From: an uncultured Acidobacteriota bacterium
GTDB lineage: Bacteria; Acidobacteriota; Thermoanaerobaculia; Gp7-AA8
Reading direction: 5' to 3'
DNA length: 64,000 nucleotides
NCBI GenBank assembly: GCA_963822445.1
Contig: CAWGHO010000002.1
Location: forward strand, 1,248,001-1,312,000
Part shown: positions 18,278 to 28,779 of the stretch, piece by piece
Layout of the letters: each line of letters begins with the position of its first letter
How positions within the stretch are numbered: position 1 is the first letter of the stretch
The notes under the pieces: generated by a model
What the model saw: the letters and a program-made list of their open reading frames with translations, nothing else
Told to the model about the DNA's origin: nothing
Databases searched by the model: none
Made by a program: the position numbers and the translations under genes

Positions 18278-21200
18278 CTCCCAACCATGATCCCCAGCTC
18301 GCGAATCTGGTACGAGAGGGCCTGGCGGGAGATCTTCAGCATGGCCGCGGCGCGGTTCTGGTTGCCGTTCACCTGCACCAGCGAGCGCTCGATGAGGTCG
18401 CGGCGGAAGCGGACGACCGCGTCCTGATACGACCCGGCGGTGGTCCGTGCGGGACTGACGTTGCGGAGCCGTTCCGGCAAGTGCTCCAGGTCGATTTCCT
18501 TCGACTCGCCGGCCATGGCGTGCGCGGCGCGGATCGTGTTCTGCAGCTCGCGGACGTTCCCTGGCCAGTTGTACGCACTGAAGATGGCCTCGACGTCGTG
18601 GGAGAGTTTCGCGGGACCGGAGCGGTGGCGGTCGCGCTCCGCGATCAGGAAGTGATTCGCAAGCAGCGCGATGTCGCCCGCTCGCTCGCGCAGCGCCGGC
18701 AGCAGGACTTCGACGCCGCGAATCCGGTAGTAGAGATCTTCGCGGAAGCGTCCTTCCTCGACGGCCGTCTCGAGCTTGCGATTGGTGGCGCTGACGATAC
18801 GCACGTCCGCGGAGCGGTTGACGGTGTCGCCGACGCGGCGGAACTCGCCCTCCTGCAGAAAGCGCAGAAGTTTCGCTTGCGCCCCGAGTGGCATCTCGCC
18901 GATCTCGTCGAGGAAGAGCGTGCCGCCGTCGGTGGTCTCGATCAGGCCGGCGCGATCGCGATCCGCACCGGTGAATGCGCCGCGAACGTGTCCGAACAGC
19001 TCACTTTCGATGAGTGTTTCGGGCAGCGCCGCACAGTTGAGTGGCGTGAAGATTTTCTGGCGGCGCGGCGACTGGCGATGAATGGCGCGGGCCACGAGCT
19101 CTTTGCCGGTGCCCGATTCGCCGAGGATGCAGACCGGGACGTCGCGGCGGGCTATGCGGGGGATGAGCGCGTAGGTCTCGCACATGGCCGGCGACTCGCC
19201 GACGATCCCTTCGACCATACCCGGCTTCGACGAATGGACCTGTTCCTCCTGCTCGACGATCCGCTTGAGGCGTTGATTCTCGGCGCGCAAGCGGAAGACG
19301 GCGGCGATGGCCTCGCGCCCTTCCGTGCTCCAGCGCGAAGAGCCTTCGAAGAACAGCAGCTCCCGCTCGCTACAGGCGATGGCGTCGGGATTCTCCGCTT
19401 CGATCGGTCGTGGACCGATCGAGTGCCAGTGGCCGAGGCGGTTGCGGGTGGCGAAGGACCAGGCCAGGTCGAAGTCCGTGTCGGCGTAAGGAAAGTCGCG
19501 AATGGCGGCAGTGCGCAGGACGCGCTGCTCGACGTCGGCCGGCGCGGGCGCGGCGTCGAAGACGAGATCGAATTTCGCCGCGAGCTCGCGGGCCGTGGCG
19601 TGGTCGCCTGTCGCGATCGCGGTGCGGAATGCGAAGAGTTGGTCTGGGATGGAGTGCGGCGGCTCTGCCGCCGCTTTTGAGGCCAACCGCTGATGCCTCC
19701 TCGTCAGCTCGACGTTTCCCGATTTCCCCGTCGACCGCAGCTTCGTCTTCTTCCCCTCCACGCGATCGGTCTCATCGAGGATCAGCGCGGCCGCCTCCTT
19801 GATCTGTCCTCCGGCAGACTCAAGAACTACCGAGGCCGCGCGGCGGGCGTCGGCGAAGCGTCCGCGAGAGAAATCGAGATGGGCGGAGAGCAGCTGCAAC
19901 TCGCCAAGGCGAAGGCCGTCGCCGGTGCCGGCGTAGTAATGCTTCAGACGGGCGATGCGGTGCGCGGCCTGCGCCCACTGCGCCTGATCGGCCGACAGGT
20001 AAGCGAGCGTGAAGAGGATGCCGCCGGCGGCGCGATCGCCTTGTGTTTCTTCCACCTCCTGGAGGGCCTGCACGCCGCACAGTCTGGCTTCGTCCCAATC
20101 GCCGGCGGTGAAGGCTGCGAAGACGCCGTCGAGTGATGCATCGATCCGTTCGGCGGTACAACGCGCGCGGTCGTGCGCTTCGCGGGCATGTCTCGATGCG
20201 GCCGCGTAATCGCCGCGATCGAGTGCAACGTAGGTCGCGAAGCGCGAGGCGAGGTAGTGCGGCTGCATCCAGGACTCGTCGACCTTGCCGTGCGCGTCGA
20301 AGGCGAGAATGGCCCGCTCGTAGGCGACGGTGAGGTCGTCGCCGCACGCATCGAGCACGCGCGCGGCCTCGTCGTAACGCTGAAGCACGCGCAGGATCTC
20401 CGCGTGCAGCACGTGCGGCTCGTTCATCCGCTCGAGGCGCGCCAGCGCCGTGGCGTAGTCGCCGGTGCGGCGCTCGGCGCGGGCCAGCACGAGCTCGTCG
20501 CTCGAGACGTCGCGCGCGTCGCGGTACCGGCCGCAGTCGATGAGGGCGTGCGCGTAGCGGAGCGTCAACGCCGGCGAGAGCGCCGGCACGCGACGCAATG
20601 CGGCCACCGTTTCTTCCGCGGTCGCCCATTCGGTCTTCTCGAGCACCGCCTCCGCGTGCTTCGACGCGAGTGTCGCGATCGCCGCGCGCGAGCCTTCGGG
20701 AATCAGACGCGCGGCTTCATCGCGAACGGCATCGCTGGCGAACGTGAAGTGGCGGTCATCGAGCGTCGTCACCGATTCGAAGACGAGGTCGTCGAGCGGT
20801 GCCGTGTAGTGAAACTCGCCGAGGAACTCCGTGGCCAGCTCGCGCGGAATGCGCGTTCCGAGATGCGCGAGCGCGCCGATGTACGAACGCGCCGGCTCGA
20901 GAAGCGTAGGCAACAGCGCGGGCGGCGGCGGAACGTCGCCGTGCTTCAGATACGCGCGGAATGACGGCGACTCGACGAACTGCTCGAGCCACGCGCGTGA
21001 CGCGATGCGCGACTCCAGCTCCCGCCGCGCGGCAAGCCGCGGTGCAACAAGGAACGGACGCCAATCCGGCAATGGATCGCCATCGTGCGGAAACAGCCAT
21101 GCGCCATGCCGCGCGCCGGCGACGATCTCCACCACCTGCCGCGATCCCTCGTCGAATGCGTCCCAGTCCGCCACGGCGAAGATCCCCGGCGGCATGGCCA

Positions 21201-21888
21201 GGATCCGTTCGGCCGCGGCGGTGACGCTCAGTTTCGGATCGGCGCCGATCGCGGAATAGCGCGCCAGCGGCGACACGCCGCGGAACACCGTCACGTTCGC
21301 GAATCGCTGCACCGCTTCGAGGTCCGCACAGGCGAACCGTCCATGCTCGACGGTGAGCATGTGCAGGCCTTCCGGCGCCGGCGCCGCAATCTCGCCGCAA
21401 GCCGCGGCGCGGGTCCAACGCAAATCGGCAACCGCACCATCGACCAGCCGCTCGAACGCCTCGGCATACACCGCATCCGCGCGAGCCCAGGAATGCTTCA
21501 GGATCGCCAGCTCCGCGCCGATGACCTCCGCGAACTGTTGCGCGAGCGTCAGTGCCGGAGGCGCGACCGCCGGATCCGCGGCGCGTGCGCCAACGCGAAT
21601 CAGCCGCACGTCGCAACCGCGCTTCGACACGACCATCCACTCGGCCGGATCGAGCTCTCCGTCCGCGACACCGGCGAAATGCAGCAGTGCCTGATGCGCC
21701 GCGAACTGCGCGAGCAGCGAGATCTGATCGCGGCTGCCGAGTCCGCGGGCCAGCGGCGCGGCGGCGAAGGACTCGTTCCAGGGGAGCGTGGAGTGGCGGA
21801 TGGTCGCGATGAGCGCGCGATCCCAGTCGAAGGCCGTGGACGACACCATCGTCGTCTCACGACCCGGCCGGCTGCGCCGCATAGTCAT
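18223..21888 (-). CDS. Large sigma-54-dependent transcriptional activator with TPR-like N-terminal region; start uncertain (21888, 21882 or 21849)
   Basis: GESGTGKE, intact [23 protein letters not shown]-terminal Fis-type HTH. Confidence 0.88.
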   Translation of the reverse strand: MTMRRSRPGRETTMVSSTAFDWDRALIATIRHSTLPWNESFAAAPLARGLGSRDQISLLAQFAAHQALLHFAGVADGELDPAEWMVVSKRGCDVRLIRVGARAADPAVAPPALTLAQQFAEVIGAELAILKHSWARADAVYAEAFERLVDGAVADLRWTRAAACGEIAAPAPEGLHMLTVEHGRFACADLEAVQRFANVTVFRGVSPLARYSAIGADPKLSVTAAAERILAMPPGIFAVADWDAFDEGSRQVVEIVAGARHGAWLFPHDGDPLPDWRPFLVAPRLAARRELESRIASRAWLEQFVESPSFRAYLKHGDVPPPPALLPTLLEPARSYIGALAHLGTRIPRELATEFLGEFHYTAPLDDLVFESVTTLDDRHFTFASDAVRDEAARLIPEGSRAAIATLASKHAEAVLEKTEWATAEETVAALRRVPALSPALTLRYAHALIDCGRYRDARDVSSDELVLARAERRTGDYATALARLERMNEPHVLHAEILRVLQRYDEAARVLDACGDDLTVAYERAILAFDAHGKVDESWMQPHYLASRFATYVALDRGDYAAASRHAREAHDRARCTAERIDASLDGVFAAFTAGDWDEARLCGVQALQEVEETQGDRAAGGILFTLAYLSADQAQWAQAAHRIARLKHYYAGTGDGLRLGELQLLSAHLDFSRGRFADARRAASVVLESAGGQIKEAAALILDETDRVEGKKTKLRSTGKSGNVELTRRHQRLASKAAAEPPHSIPDQLFAFRTAIATGDHATARELAAKFDLVFDAAPAPADVEQRVLRTAAIRDFPYADTDFDLAWSFATRNRLGHWHSIGPRPIEAENPDAIACSERELLFFEGSSRWSTEGREAIAAVFRLRAENQRLKRIVEQEEQVHSSKPGMVEGIVGESPAMCETYALIPRIARRDVPVCILGESGTGKELVARAIHRQSPRRQKIFTPLNCAALPETLIESELFGHVRGAFTGADRDRAGLIETTDGGTLFLDEIGEMPLGAQAKLLRFLQEGEFRRVGDTVNRSADVRIVSATNRKLETAVEEGRFREDLYYRIRGVEVLLPALRERAGDIALLANHFLIAERDRHRSGPAKLSHDVEAIFSAYNWPGNVRELQNTIRAAHAMAGESKEIDLEHLPERLRNVSPARTTAGSYQDAVVRFRRDLIERSLVQVNGNQNRAAAMLKISRQALSYQIRELGIMVGRSQSRRVSKSQSSAVRHL

Positions 21889-21987
21889 AACGAGGGAGGA
21901 AAAGAGTAACGGAAAGGCGTCTTTGGTGGCAACCGTTCGTGCACGGAGAGATCCCCGCGTCTTCGCGCGGGGATAGACTGAAATCGC

Positions 21988-22818
21988 ATGCACGACCTGG
22001 AAATCGCCACCGAAGCCGCCCGCCGCGGCGCGGCCATCCTCCTTCGCTACTGGGAACAGCTCGGGAAGGACGACGCCGACCTGAAGGCGCGCAACGACTG
22101 GGTCTCGACCGCCGATCGCGAGAGCGAGGCGGCAATCGTCGAAGCCATCCGCCAGCACAAACCAGCCGACGCATTCCTCGGCGAGGAAAGCGGCATGAGC
22201 ACCGACGGATCGAGCGCCGATCGCATCTGGATCATCGACCCGCTCGACGGCACGTCGAACTACCTGCAGCACTTCCCGTTCTGGTCGGTCTCCATCGCTC
22301 TGCGCGAAAAAGGGGAGATGGTCTGCGGCCTGATTTACGAGCCGTTGCGCGATCTCTTCTTCACCGCCGAGCGCGGGTCCGGCGCGTTTCGCGACGGGCA
22401 GCGCATGCGCGTCTCGACACAGGACCGCGTCGAAGGCTCCTTCCTCGCGACCGGCTTTCCGTTCCGCGCGCAGGAGTACGTCGCGCCGTACGTGGGGATC
22501 TTCACCGACGTGATCCGCACGTCGAAAGGCGTCCGCCGCGCGGGCTCGGCGGCGCTCGATCTCGCCTACACGGCCGCGGGTATCTTCGACGGTTTCTTCG
22601 AGATGCACCTCGCCGCGTGGGACGTGGCCGCGGGCTCACTGCTCGTCACGGAAGCGGGCGGCGTGGTCACCGATTTCTCCGGCGGACAGCGCTGGCTCGA
22701 CCGCGGCAACATCGTCGGCGCCTCTCCCGGCGTGCACGGGGAACTGCTGGAGATCATCGGACGACACGTCACGGAGGACGCGCTCGATCACCGCAAGGGC
22801 GCGCGGCTTTTCGCGTGA
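21988..22818 (+). CDS. suhB: Inositol monophosphatase family protein
   Basis: GEE, WIIDPLDGTSNY, GSAALDL, WDVAAG. Confidence 0.88.
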   Translation: MHDLEIATEAARRGAAILLRYWEQLGKDDADLKARNDWVSTADRESEAAIVEAIRQHKPADAFLGEESGMSTDGSSADRIWIIDPLDGTSNYLQHFPFWSVSIALREKGEMVCGLIYEPLRDLFFTAERGSGAFRDGQRMRVSTQDRVEGSFLATGFPFRAQEYVAPYVGIFTDVIRTSKGVRRAGSAALDLAYTAAGIFDGFFEMHLAAWDVAAGSLLVTEAGGVVTDFSGGQRWLDRGNIVGASPGVHGELLEIIGRHVTEDALDHRKGARLFA

Positions 22819-23423
22819 AGAAGCTTCCCCGCAAGTTCTACTTCCACGACACCATCACCGTCGCCCGCGCCCTCCTCGGATGTGTGCTGTGGCGCCGTCT
22901 GGACGATGGAGAGCTGCTCGCGGCGCGCATCGTCGAATGCGAGGCGTACCTCGGCGCGAATGACATGGCCAGCCACGCCCGTCGCGGATTGCGATCGCCG
23001 CGCAACGAGTCGATGTACCTCGAGGGCGGCCACGCCTACGTCTACTTCACCTACGGAATGCACTGGTGCATGAACGTCGTGACGCAGGAGGAAGGACTCG
23101 CCGAAGCCGTGCTGCTGCGCGGCGCGGAGCCGCTGCGCGGAATCGAGTCGATGCGCGAGCGGCGTCCGAAAGCGAAACGCGACTTCGAGCTGATGAACGG
23201 CCCGGGCAAGATCTGTCAGGCCCTCGACATCGACAAGCGGCTCGACGGCGAGAGCTTGTCCGGCGACACGCTCTGGCTCACCGGCCGCGACGTCAAAGTC
23301 AGCAATGCGGACATCGCCGTCAGTCCGCGCATCGGTGTCGACAACGCGGGCGAGGCCGCGAGCTGGCCGCTCCGCTTTTTCCTGCGCGGCAACCGCAACG
23401 TGTCCGCGTACAGAAATGTCTGA
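22815..23423 (+). CDS. DNA-3-methyladenine glycosylase (MPG/Aag family)
   Basis: RIVECEAY, YVYFTYGMHWCMN, NGPGKIC, PRIGV; GTG start overlapping the suhB stop. Confidence 0.92.
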   Translation: MKKLPRKFYFHDTITVARALLGCVLWRRLDDGELLAARIVECEAYLGANDMASHARRGLRSPRNESMYLEGGHAYVYFTYGMHWCMNVVTQEEGLAEAVLLRGAEPLRGIESMRERRPKAKRDFELMNGPGKICQALDIDKRLDGESLSGDTLWLTGRDVKVSNADIAVSPRIGVDNAGEAASWPLRFFLRGNRNVSAYRNV

Positions 23424-24006
23424 TCACTTCCGCACGCTCGCCGAGCGGGTCGAGTTCCGCCACAAGATCGAGCGCTCCGAGTTCCTCGGCATCGCCATTC
23501 CGATCACCACCGACGAAGAGTTCTTCGCCGAGCTCACGAGCGCGCAGAAACGCCATTTCGACGCAACCCATCACTGCTGGGCTTTTCGCTTGTTTGCGGA
23601 GTCGCGGTCGCGAAGCTCCGACGCGGGTGAGCCATCCGGCACGGCGGGCAAACCGATCCTCGCCGCGATCGAGGGCGCACAGTTTCACGACATCGGCGTG
23701 ATCGTCGTGCGCTGGTACGGCGGCGTGAAGCTCGGCACCGGCGGGCTGTCGCGCGCGTATCGCGACACCGCCGCAGAGACGCTGAAGATGGCGAAGCCGC
23801 TCGATCGTTACGTGTACACGCGCTTTCGCGTGCTGGTTCCGTTCGAAGCGCTCAATCAGGTCTATCGACTGATCGATCCGCCGAACGTGTTGCTGGCCGA
23901 GGAGCGGTTCGGCGAGCAGAACGAGTTCCTGTTCGACGTGCGCATGTCGGCGGCGGAGTTGTTCGCGGCGCGGCTGCGCGAGCTCAGGCTCGCTACTCTT
24001 CCGTGA
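23416..24006 (+). CDS. YigZ/IMPACT family protein
   Basis: ATHHCWA, DAGEPSGTAGKP, RWYGGVKLGTGGL. Confidence 0.9.
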   Translation: MSDHFRTLAERVEFRHKIERSEFLGIAIPITTDEEFFAELTSAQKRHFDATHHCWAFRLFAESRSRSSDAGEPSGTAGKPILAAIEGAQFHDIGVIVVRWYGGVKLGTGGLSRAYRDTAAETLKMAKPLDRYVYTRFRVLVPFEALNQVYRLIDPPNVLLAEERFGEQNEFLFDVRMSAAELFAARLRELRLATLP

Positions 24007-24394
24007 CGTACGTCCGGGCGATGCGATCGCCGGTGCGCGGTTTGCCGGCCAGCACGAGGAGCACTTCCAGCAGATTCCAGACGGGCAGGATCAGCGGAAT
24101 GTTGCGAACCAGCGATCGGCCGTAGCCGCAACCGTCGCCCCGAGGGGTCACCAGACGCAGGCCGAGGAGCTGCTTGCCGATGGAACGGCCTCGAAAGCCG
24201 TCGCGAAACAGCATGGCGATCACCAGGATGCCCAAGGCGATCCACCAGACCAGCTGGATGGCCCGCGGCTGGGAAGCCCAGGTCATGCCGTAACTTACGG
24301 CCGACGCGGGCAGAACCAGGACGATGGAAATCGAAAGCGCGTCGACGAGAAAAGCCGCCACGCGCAGCAGTTTGGTCTGGGAGGTATCGCTCAT
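23993..24394 (-). CDS. RDD family membrane protein
   Basis: RVAAFLVD, GRSIGKQLLGLRLV, GDRIART. Confidence 0.85.
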   Translation of the reverse strand: MSDTSQTKLLRVAAFLVDALSISIVLVLPASAVSYGMTWASQPRAIQLVWWIALGILVIAMLFRDGFRGRSIGKQLLGLRLVTPRGDGCGYGRSLVRNIPLILPVWNLLEVLLVLAGKPRTGDRIARTYVTEE

Positions 24395-24419
24395 GAAACC
24401 GTACCGGTGGATTGTCGTA
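24394..24419 (+). promoter_or_regulatory. Candidate ECF (SigW-like) promoter
   Basis: TGAAAC-N16-CGTA, 22 nt upstream of the DUF4097 gene. Confidence 0.5.
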
Positions 24420-24441
24420 CAACCTTTGAGCAGGTGTCGTC

Positions 24442-25260
24442 ATGAAGAACACGTTCGCAACGCTTTGTTTGCTCTCCGGGCTTCTGATCAGCTCGGCGTG
24501 CGACCACTCCCACGCGAGAGTCGCGAAGTCGAAAAACGAAAAGAGCGTCACGGTCAACCGGACGTGGCCGGCGGCCGAGATCCAGCACCTGCGCATCTTC
24601 GAGATCGACGGCAGCATCGACATCGAAGCGGCGGACACGAACGAAATCACCCTCGTCGCGGTAGCCACGGGCAGCGATCTGCAGCTCAAGGCGGAGAAGG
24701 AAAATCAGGGTCTTTTCGAGACCGCAGTCGACGGCAACACGCTCCGCATCGGCCGGAAGGAAGACAACCGCCGCAGGAAGTTCCGCATCAGAATGCTCTG
24801 GGGCGGCGATCGCCTGCGCATCGCGTACACGCTGAAAGTGCCGCGCACGATGGAGCTGGACATGACCACCGTGAACGGCAAGATCGCCACGCGCGGTATC
24901 GATGGCGAAACCGAAGCCACCACGGTGAACGGCTCCATCGACGTGGAAGTGACCGGCGCGAACGAGCTCGAAGCGGAGTCGGTGAACGGCCGGGTGAAGG
25001 CGAAGTTCCTGACCTCGTTCCAGGGCGCGAAGTTCAGCACCGTGAATGGCGGCGTGGAAGCGATCCTGCCTCAGAACGCATCGTTCAGCGTCGACCTGGC
25101 GCAGGTGAACGGCGACTTCGAGGCTTCGTTCCCGCTGAGCATCAACTCCAATCCCGGACGCCGTCGCGTGTCGGGTGAGGTGAACGGCGGGCAGCACGAG
25201 CTGAAGATCACCACCGTGAACGGCGACGTGGAATTGGCGCGGTTGGGCGAGCCAAGGTAG
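24442..25260 (+). CDS. DUF4097-type beta-strand repeat lipoprotein
   Basis: SSAC lipobox; repeated TVNG-x-I/V motifs. Confidence 0.85.
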   Translation: MKNTFATLCLLSGLLISSACDHSHARVAKSKNEKSVTVNRTWPAAEIQHLRIFEIDGSIDIEAADTNEITLVAVATGSDLQLKAEKENQGLFETAVDGNTLRIGRKEDNRRRKFRIRMLWGGDRLRIAYTLKVPRTMELDMTTVNGKIATRGIDGETEATTVNGSIDVEVTGANELEAESVNGRVKAKFLTSFQGAKFSTVNGGVEAILPQNASFSVDLAQVNGDFEASFPLSINSNPGRRRVSGEVNGGQHELKITTVNGDVELARLGEPR

Positions 25261-25276
25261 CGACTATCATCCGCGC

Positions 25277-26656
25277 GTGACGAAGTCGCGGCTGATCCCC
25301 GTCCTCCTCTTCGTCATTCTTTCGCTCGCCGCGATCGCGCCGATTCGCAGCTACGACCTGTTCTGGCACCTCGCCACCGGACGTTGGATCGTCGAGCATC
25401 GCGCCATTCCTCTCAATGATCCCTTCGCGGTCGGCAGCGATCGCGAATCGTGGATCAATGGCTCCTGGCTCATCGACGTCTTCGCGTACGGCCTTCATGA
25501 GCTGGTCGGACTCGTTGGCCTGTCGGTCATTCGCGGTCTCGGCGCGGGACTGTTGTTCACGCTCGTGTATTTCCTGGCCGCGCGTGAATCGCGGCCCCAC
25601 ATTGCGCTCGCTCTTGCCGCACTCGGGTTCGCGGGGGCGATGCCGTTGCTCGACGTTCGTCCGTCGTCAGTGGCGGCGCTGTTCGTGGTGCTGGCCATCA
25701 CGTTTCGGAAGACGATCGCGCACGCGGTGCTTGCGGCGATCTGGATCAATGTGCATCCGTCGGCGCTTCTCGCACCGATCATCGCCGCGTTCTCGACGCG
25801 TCGCGCGCTGCCTGTCATTGCCAGCGCGCTTGCGTTGCTGCTCAATCCGTACGGCTACAAGGCGATCACCGCGCCGGTCGCGCTGATGTCGTACGTCAGC
25901 GGCGGTGCATTCGTGAATGCGGAATGGCTTCCCAGCTCACCGGCCGTGTTTCCGCTGCTGTACATCGCGCTCACTGTCGCTGTGATCGTGTTCATTGCCG
26001 CGGAAGACCATCGCGAGCATTGGTGGCGCGTCGCGTTGTTCGTGATGTTCGCGTATCTGGCGATTCGTCACGCGCGACACCAGTCCTTGTTCTTTGCGTC
26101 GTTTCCGTTGCTGGTCGCGCCGGCGGTGCGTCGTGCGCACGAGAGGCTCGCGTATGTGCTCGCCGCGGCGTGCATCGTCTTCGCCATTGCAACGAATGAA
26201 CATGGCATTGGTCTGATGCGCGATCGTTTTCCCGTCGATGCTGTGGCGCGGCTGAAGGCGAGCGGCCTGCGCGGAAACATCTACAACGCCGATCAATTCG
26301 GCGGCTACGCGATGTGGATGTTCTATCCGGAGCGGCGCGTCTTGAGCGACGGCCGCAATGAGCTGTACCACCAGCTCATTCCCGAAGAAATCAAAGCACG
26401 CGGCGACCAGCGCGCGTGGCGGGCGTTGCTGCGCAGGTACAGGATCGATCTCGCGCTGGATGAATATCGTCCGCCGCTGAACGTAATCGACGCCGTGACG
26501 GGCAAGCAGACGAAGATGCCGGCCTCACTCGCTTACTGGCCGCGTCGCGACTGGGCGCTCATCGCCTATGACGACGTGGCCATGGTCTACGCGCGACGCA
26601 AGGCGTATCCGGCGGACGTCATCCGCAGGCTGGAGATTCGACGGGTCGTGGATTAG
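25277..26656 (+). CDS. Multi-pass membrane protein, possible GT-C-type glycosyltransferase
   Basis: DLFWHLATGRWI, WINVHPS, GGY..W, DGRNELY; many TM segments. Confidence 0.65.
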   Translation: MTKSRLIPVLLFVILSLAAIAPIRSYDLFWHLATGRWIVEHRAIPLNDPFAVGSDRESWINGSWLIDVFAYGLHELVGLVGLSVIRGLGAGLLFTLVYFLAARESRPHIALALAALGFAGAMPLLDVRPSSVAALFVVLAITFRKTIAHAVLAAIWINVHPSALLAPIIAAFSTRRALPVIASALALLLNPYGYKAITAPVALMSYVSGGAFVNAEWLPSSPAVFPLLYIALTVAVIVFIAAEDHREHWWRVALFVMFAYLAIRHARHQSLFFASFPLLVAPAVRRAHERLAYVLAAACIVFAIATNEHGIGLMRDRFPVDAVARLKASGLRGNIYNADQFGGYAMWMFYPERRVLSDGRNELYHQLIPEEIKARGDQRAWRALLRRYRIDLALDEYRPPLNVIDAVTGKQTKMPASLAYWPRRDWALIAYDDVAMVYARRKAYPADVIRRLEIRRVVD

Positions 26657-26955
26657 TTGACGAGTTCGTGAGGACTCGTATAGCGGATCTCTTCATCCGG
26701 CCAGCGCTGCTGCAACACGCGCTGAAAGTGCGGCTGCACGATCCGCTCGTAACGCATCTCGAATCCGGGGAAGAGCTCGAGGATGGCCTTGCGCGCGCAC
26801 TCGACGAGGCAGCGGGCCTCGCGATGGGAGACCGTGCGGTCACTGCTGATGAGATTCAGCGTGAGCTCGACGATCATCCGGACACGACGGAGCCGCCTGC
26901 GCTCGAAGAATGCGGAGTTGTCCTCCGTCTGCGGCTCGTATTCGAATTTCGGCAT
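26653..26955 (-). CDS. Small helical hypothetical protein
   Basis: 100-aa ORF from ATG 26955 with normal codon usage; the longer ORF start runs through a REP. Confidence 0.7.
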   Translation of the reverse strand: MPKFEYEPQTEDNSAFFERRRLRRVRMIVELTLNLISSDRTVSHREARCLVECARKAILELFPGFEMRYERIVQPHFQRVLQQRWPDEEIRYTSPHELVN

Positions 26956-27000
26956 CGTGTTGTCACCGGCGCAAACCGGCCTCGATAGACCGGCATTCCA

Positions 27001-27053
27001 GCCGGCACGGCCGGCAGCGCTGGTTGCTTCGCTGATGCACGTGCGGCTGCCGC
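27001..27053. repeat. REP-like dispersed repeat, family A
   Basis: Inverted copy of 1310-1362. Confidence 0.85.
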
Positions 27054-27064
27054 ACTGCTTCGTC

Positions 27065-27095
27065 CTGCCTACTGCCCACTGCCCACTGCCTACTG
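27065..27095. repeat. Tandem heptamer (CTGCCYA)x4
   Basis: CTGCCTA-CTGCCCA-CTGCCCA-CTGCCTA. Confidence 0.85.
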
Positions 27096-27097
27096 TT

Positions 27098-27679
27098 TCA
27101 GGCGTGTTCCCGGTCGCCCTCGCTCCAGATCTCGTCGGCCAGCGACGGATCGATGCGCGACTCGTAATACCGAATGGCTGTTCGGGCAACGGCCTGCACG
27201 GAAACGTAATTGAGCGCGCCGCCGGAGAATGCGCCGACGAACGGAATCATGCGCGCGGTGCGCTCTTTCATCAGTGCGGCAATGCCCTGTTTCCCCGCAC
27301 CGACGCCGCCGATGAAGGCCAGGCAGGACATGGCTTCGGTGAAACGCTCGCGGCCCGAGGGCTCGTGGCCGTAGATCGTGGCGATGGCCAGGACCAGGCG
27401 GAACTGCTGGTGCATCAGATAGGCGAGGTCGGCGCCGATCGTGGCGATCGCGGCGATACCCAGCGGCAATCCCGTAACCGCACCGGCAGCCGCGCAACGG
27501 ATGGCCGTGCGGCGCGCGACGACGCGCGCGTGATCGTGCTGGCTGTAGTCGGGCGCCTTGCTGCGAAGCTCGTCGATTTCCTTCTTGAGCTTCTCCGTGT
27601 CGATCTCTTCGAAGAGCGCGCGGAAGACATCCTCGAGCACCGAATCAGCGCGTCGCTTGAGGTCTTTCGCTCTGGCCAT
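27098..27679 (-). CDS. EcsC-like protein
   Basis: AAAGAVTGLP, ADL, IATIYG, IPFVGAFSGGALN. Confidence 0.7.
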   Translation of the reverse strand: MARAKDLKRRADSVLEDVFRALFEEIDTEKLKKEIDELRSKAPDYSQHDHARVVARRTAIRCAAAGAVTGLPLGIAAIATIGADLAYLMHQQFRLVLAIATIYGHEPSGRERFTEAMSCLAFIGGVGAGKQGIAALMKERTARMIPFVGAFSGGALNYVSVQAVARTAIRYYESRIDPSLADEIWSEGDREHA

Positions 27680-27687
27680 GGGAAGGT

Positions 27688-27987
27688 TCACTCGCTGGTC
27701 TTCGCTTCGCTTTTCGTTTCGGCTTTGGTCTCGCTCTTGGTTTCCGTCTTCGTGTCGGAAGCCGACTCCGTTTTCGTTTCCGAGCTCGTCGACGACGACG
27801 CTGCCGGCTTGGCCGCGTAATCCGTCTTGTACCAACCCGAACCCTTGAACTGGATCGCGGGCGCGGACATGAGCTTCTTCATCTCCCCGCCGCAATTCGC
27901 GCATTCGGTATGAGGAGGATCGGACAGGCGCTGGATGATCTCCACACGCTCGCCGCACTGCACGCACTGATATTCGTAGAGGGGCAT
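27688..27987 (-). CDS. FmdB family zinc-ribbon protein
   Basis: MPLYEYQCVQCG...CANCGG...FKGSGWYKTDY with an S/T/K/E-rich tail. Confidence 0.92.
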   Translation of the reverse strand: MPLYEYQCVQCGERVEIIQRLSDPPHTECANCGGEMKKLMSAPAIQFKGSGWYKTDYAAKPAASSSTSSETKTESASDTKTETKSETKAETKSEAKTSE

Positions 27988-28027
27988 AAGTGTCGGGAAC
28001 TCTAACGCGGGCCGGCTGAGGCCGATT

Positions 28028-28651
28028 TCACGATCCGAGCCTGCCGTGCAACGCATTCGATGCTTCTTCAGCGGCGAACACTTTTCCGCGGCGGAAGTAG
28101 ACCGCGGCGATGCCGCCGCTGCGGGTGCGGTAGTACCAGGCTTCGATGGTCGCCTCGCGCCGGCGCTTCTCGGCGGTCCAGCCGGGAACGGGCTTGCCGA
28201 GGATGTTCGCCACTTCGCGATGGGACATCCCTTTTTCGATGCTGAGCAGTTTCTCGCGCGTCACGGCGAGCCGGTCCGCGGCGAGCGCCAGACCGCGACG
28301 CGCCTCTTCGTTCTGCGCGTCGTGAGTGAGCACCGCGCGGTAGATGCGGATCGCATCCTGATGGCGCCCCAGCTCGGCGAGCTCCCCAGCGAACTCGAGC
28401 TGCATCCGCTGCCAGACCTCGCGGGCGCGGCCGTGGTTGGGGTGCTTGATGACGAAGGCGCGGACCGAGTCGGCGTAGACCTGCTTCTGCTCCGCGGGCG
28501 CGTTCGGGGCGGCGGCAGCCTGTTTCTGTTCGAGGACACCCCGCCACTCGGCCTGGTGATCGTCGGCTTGGACCTCGCGCTCGCGGCAGCCGCTCGCGGA
28601 TATGAATAGCGGCAGGACGATCACCATCGAAACAAGCGCGAAAACTCGCAT
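28028..28651 (-). CDS. Lipoprotein with TPR-like and BamE/SmpA-like segments
   Basis: ASGC lipobox; IEKGMSHREVANILGKP...EAWYY. Confidence 0.65.
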   Translation of the reverse strand: MRVFALVSMVIVLPLFISASGCREREVQADDHQAEWRGVLEQKQAAAAPNAPAEQKQVYADSVRAFVIKHPNHGRAREVWQRMQLEFAGELAELGRHQDAIRIYRAVLTHDAQNEEARRGLALAADRLAVTREKLLSIEKGMSHREVANILGKPVPGWTAEKRRREATIEAWYYRTRSGGIAAVYFRRGKVFAAEEASNALHGRLGS

Positions 28652-28681
28652 TTCACACAACTTAGCACGACGCCCGCTTCC

Positions 28682-28711
28682 TTGACAGCATGAGAGAGCG
28701 GGACTGATAAT
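28682..28711 (+). promoter_or_regulatory. Candidate sigma-70 promoter
   Basis: TTGACA-N18-GATAAT upstream of ATG 28780 (RBS GGAGG). Confidence 0.55.
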
Positions 28712-28779
28712 CGCCCAGTTTTCCGCAGCCCGGCCGCTTCCCGGTCAGGGCAGGTCAACTCACAGAGACCGGAGGCTTT

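Noticed and set aside
21927-21942. Sigma-54 box near the activator/suhB divergence
   Set aside because: GG-to-GC spacing is one base too long, and the opposite strand lacks the GG.
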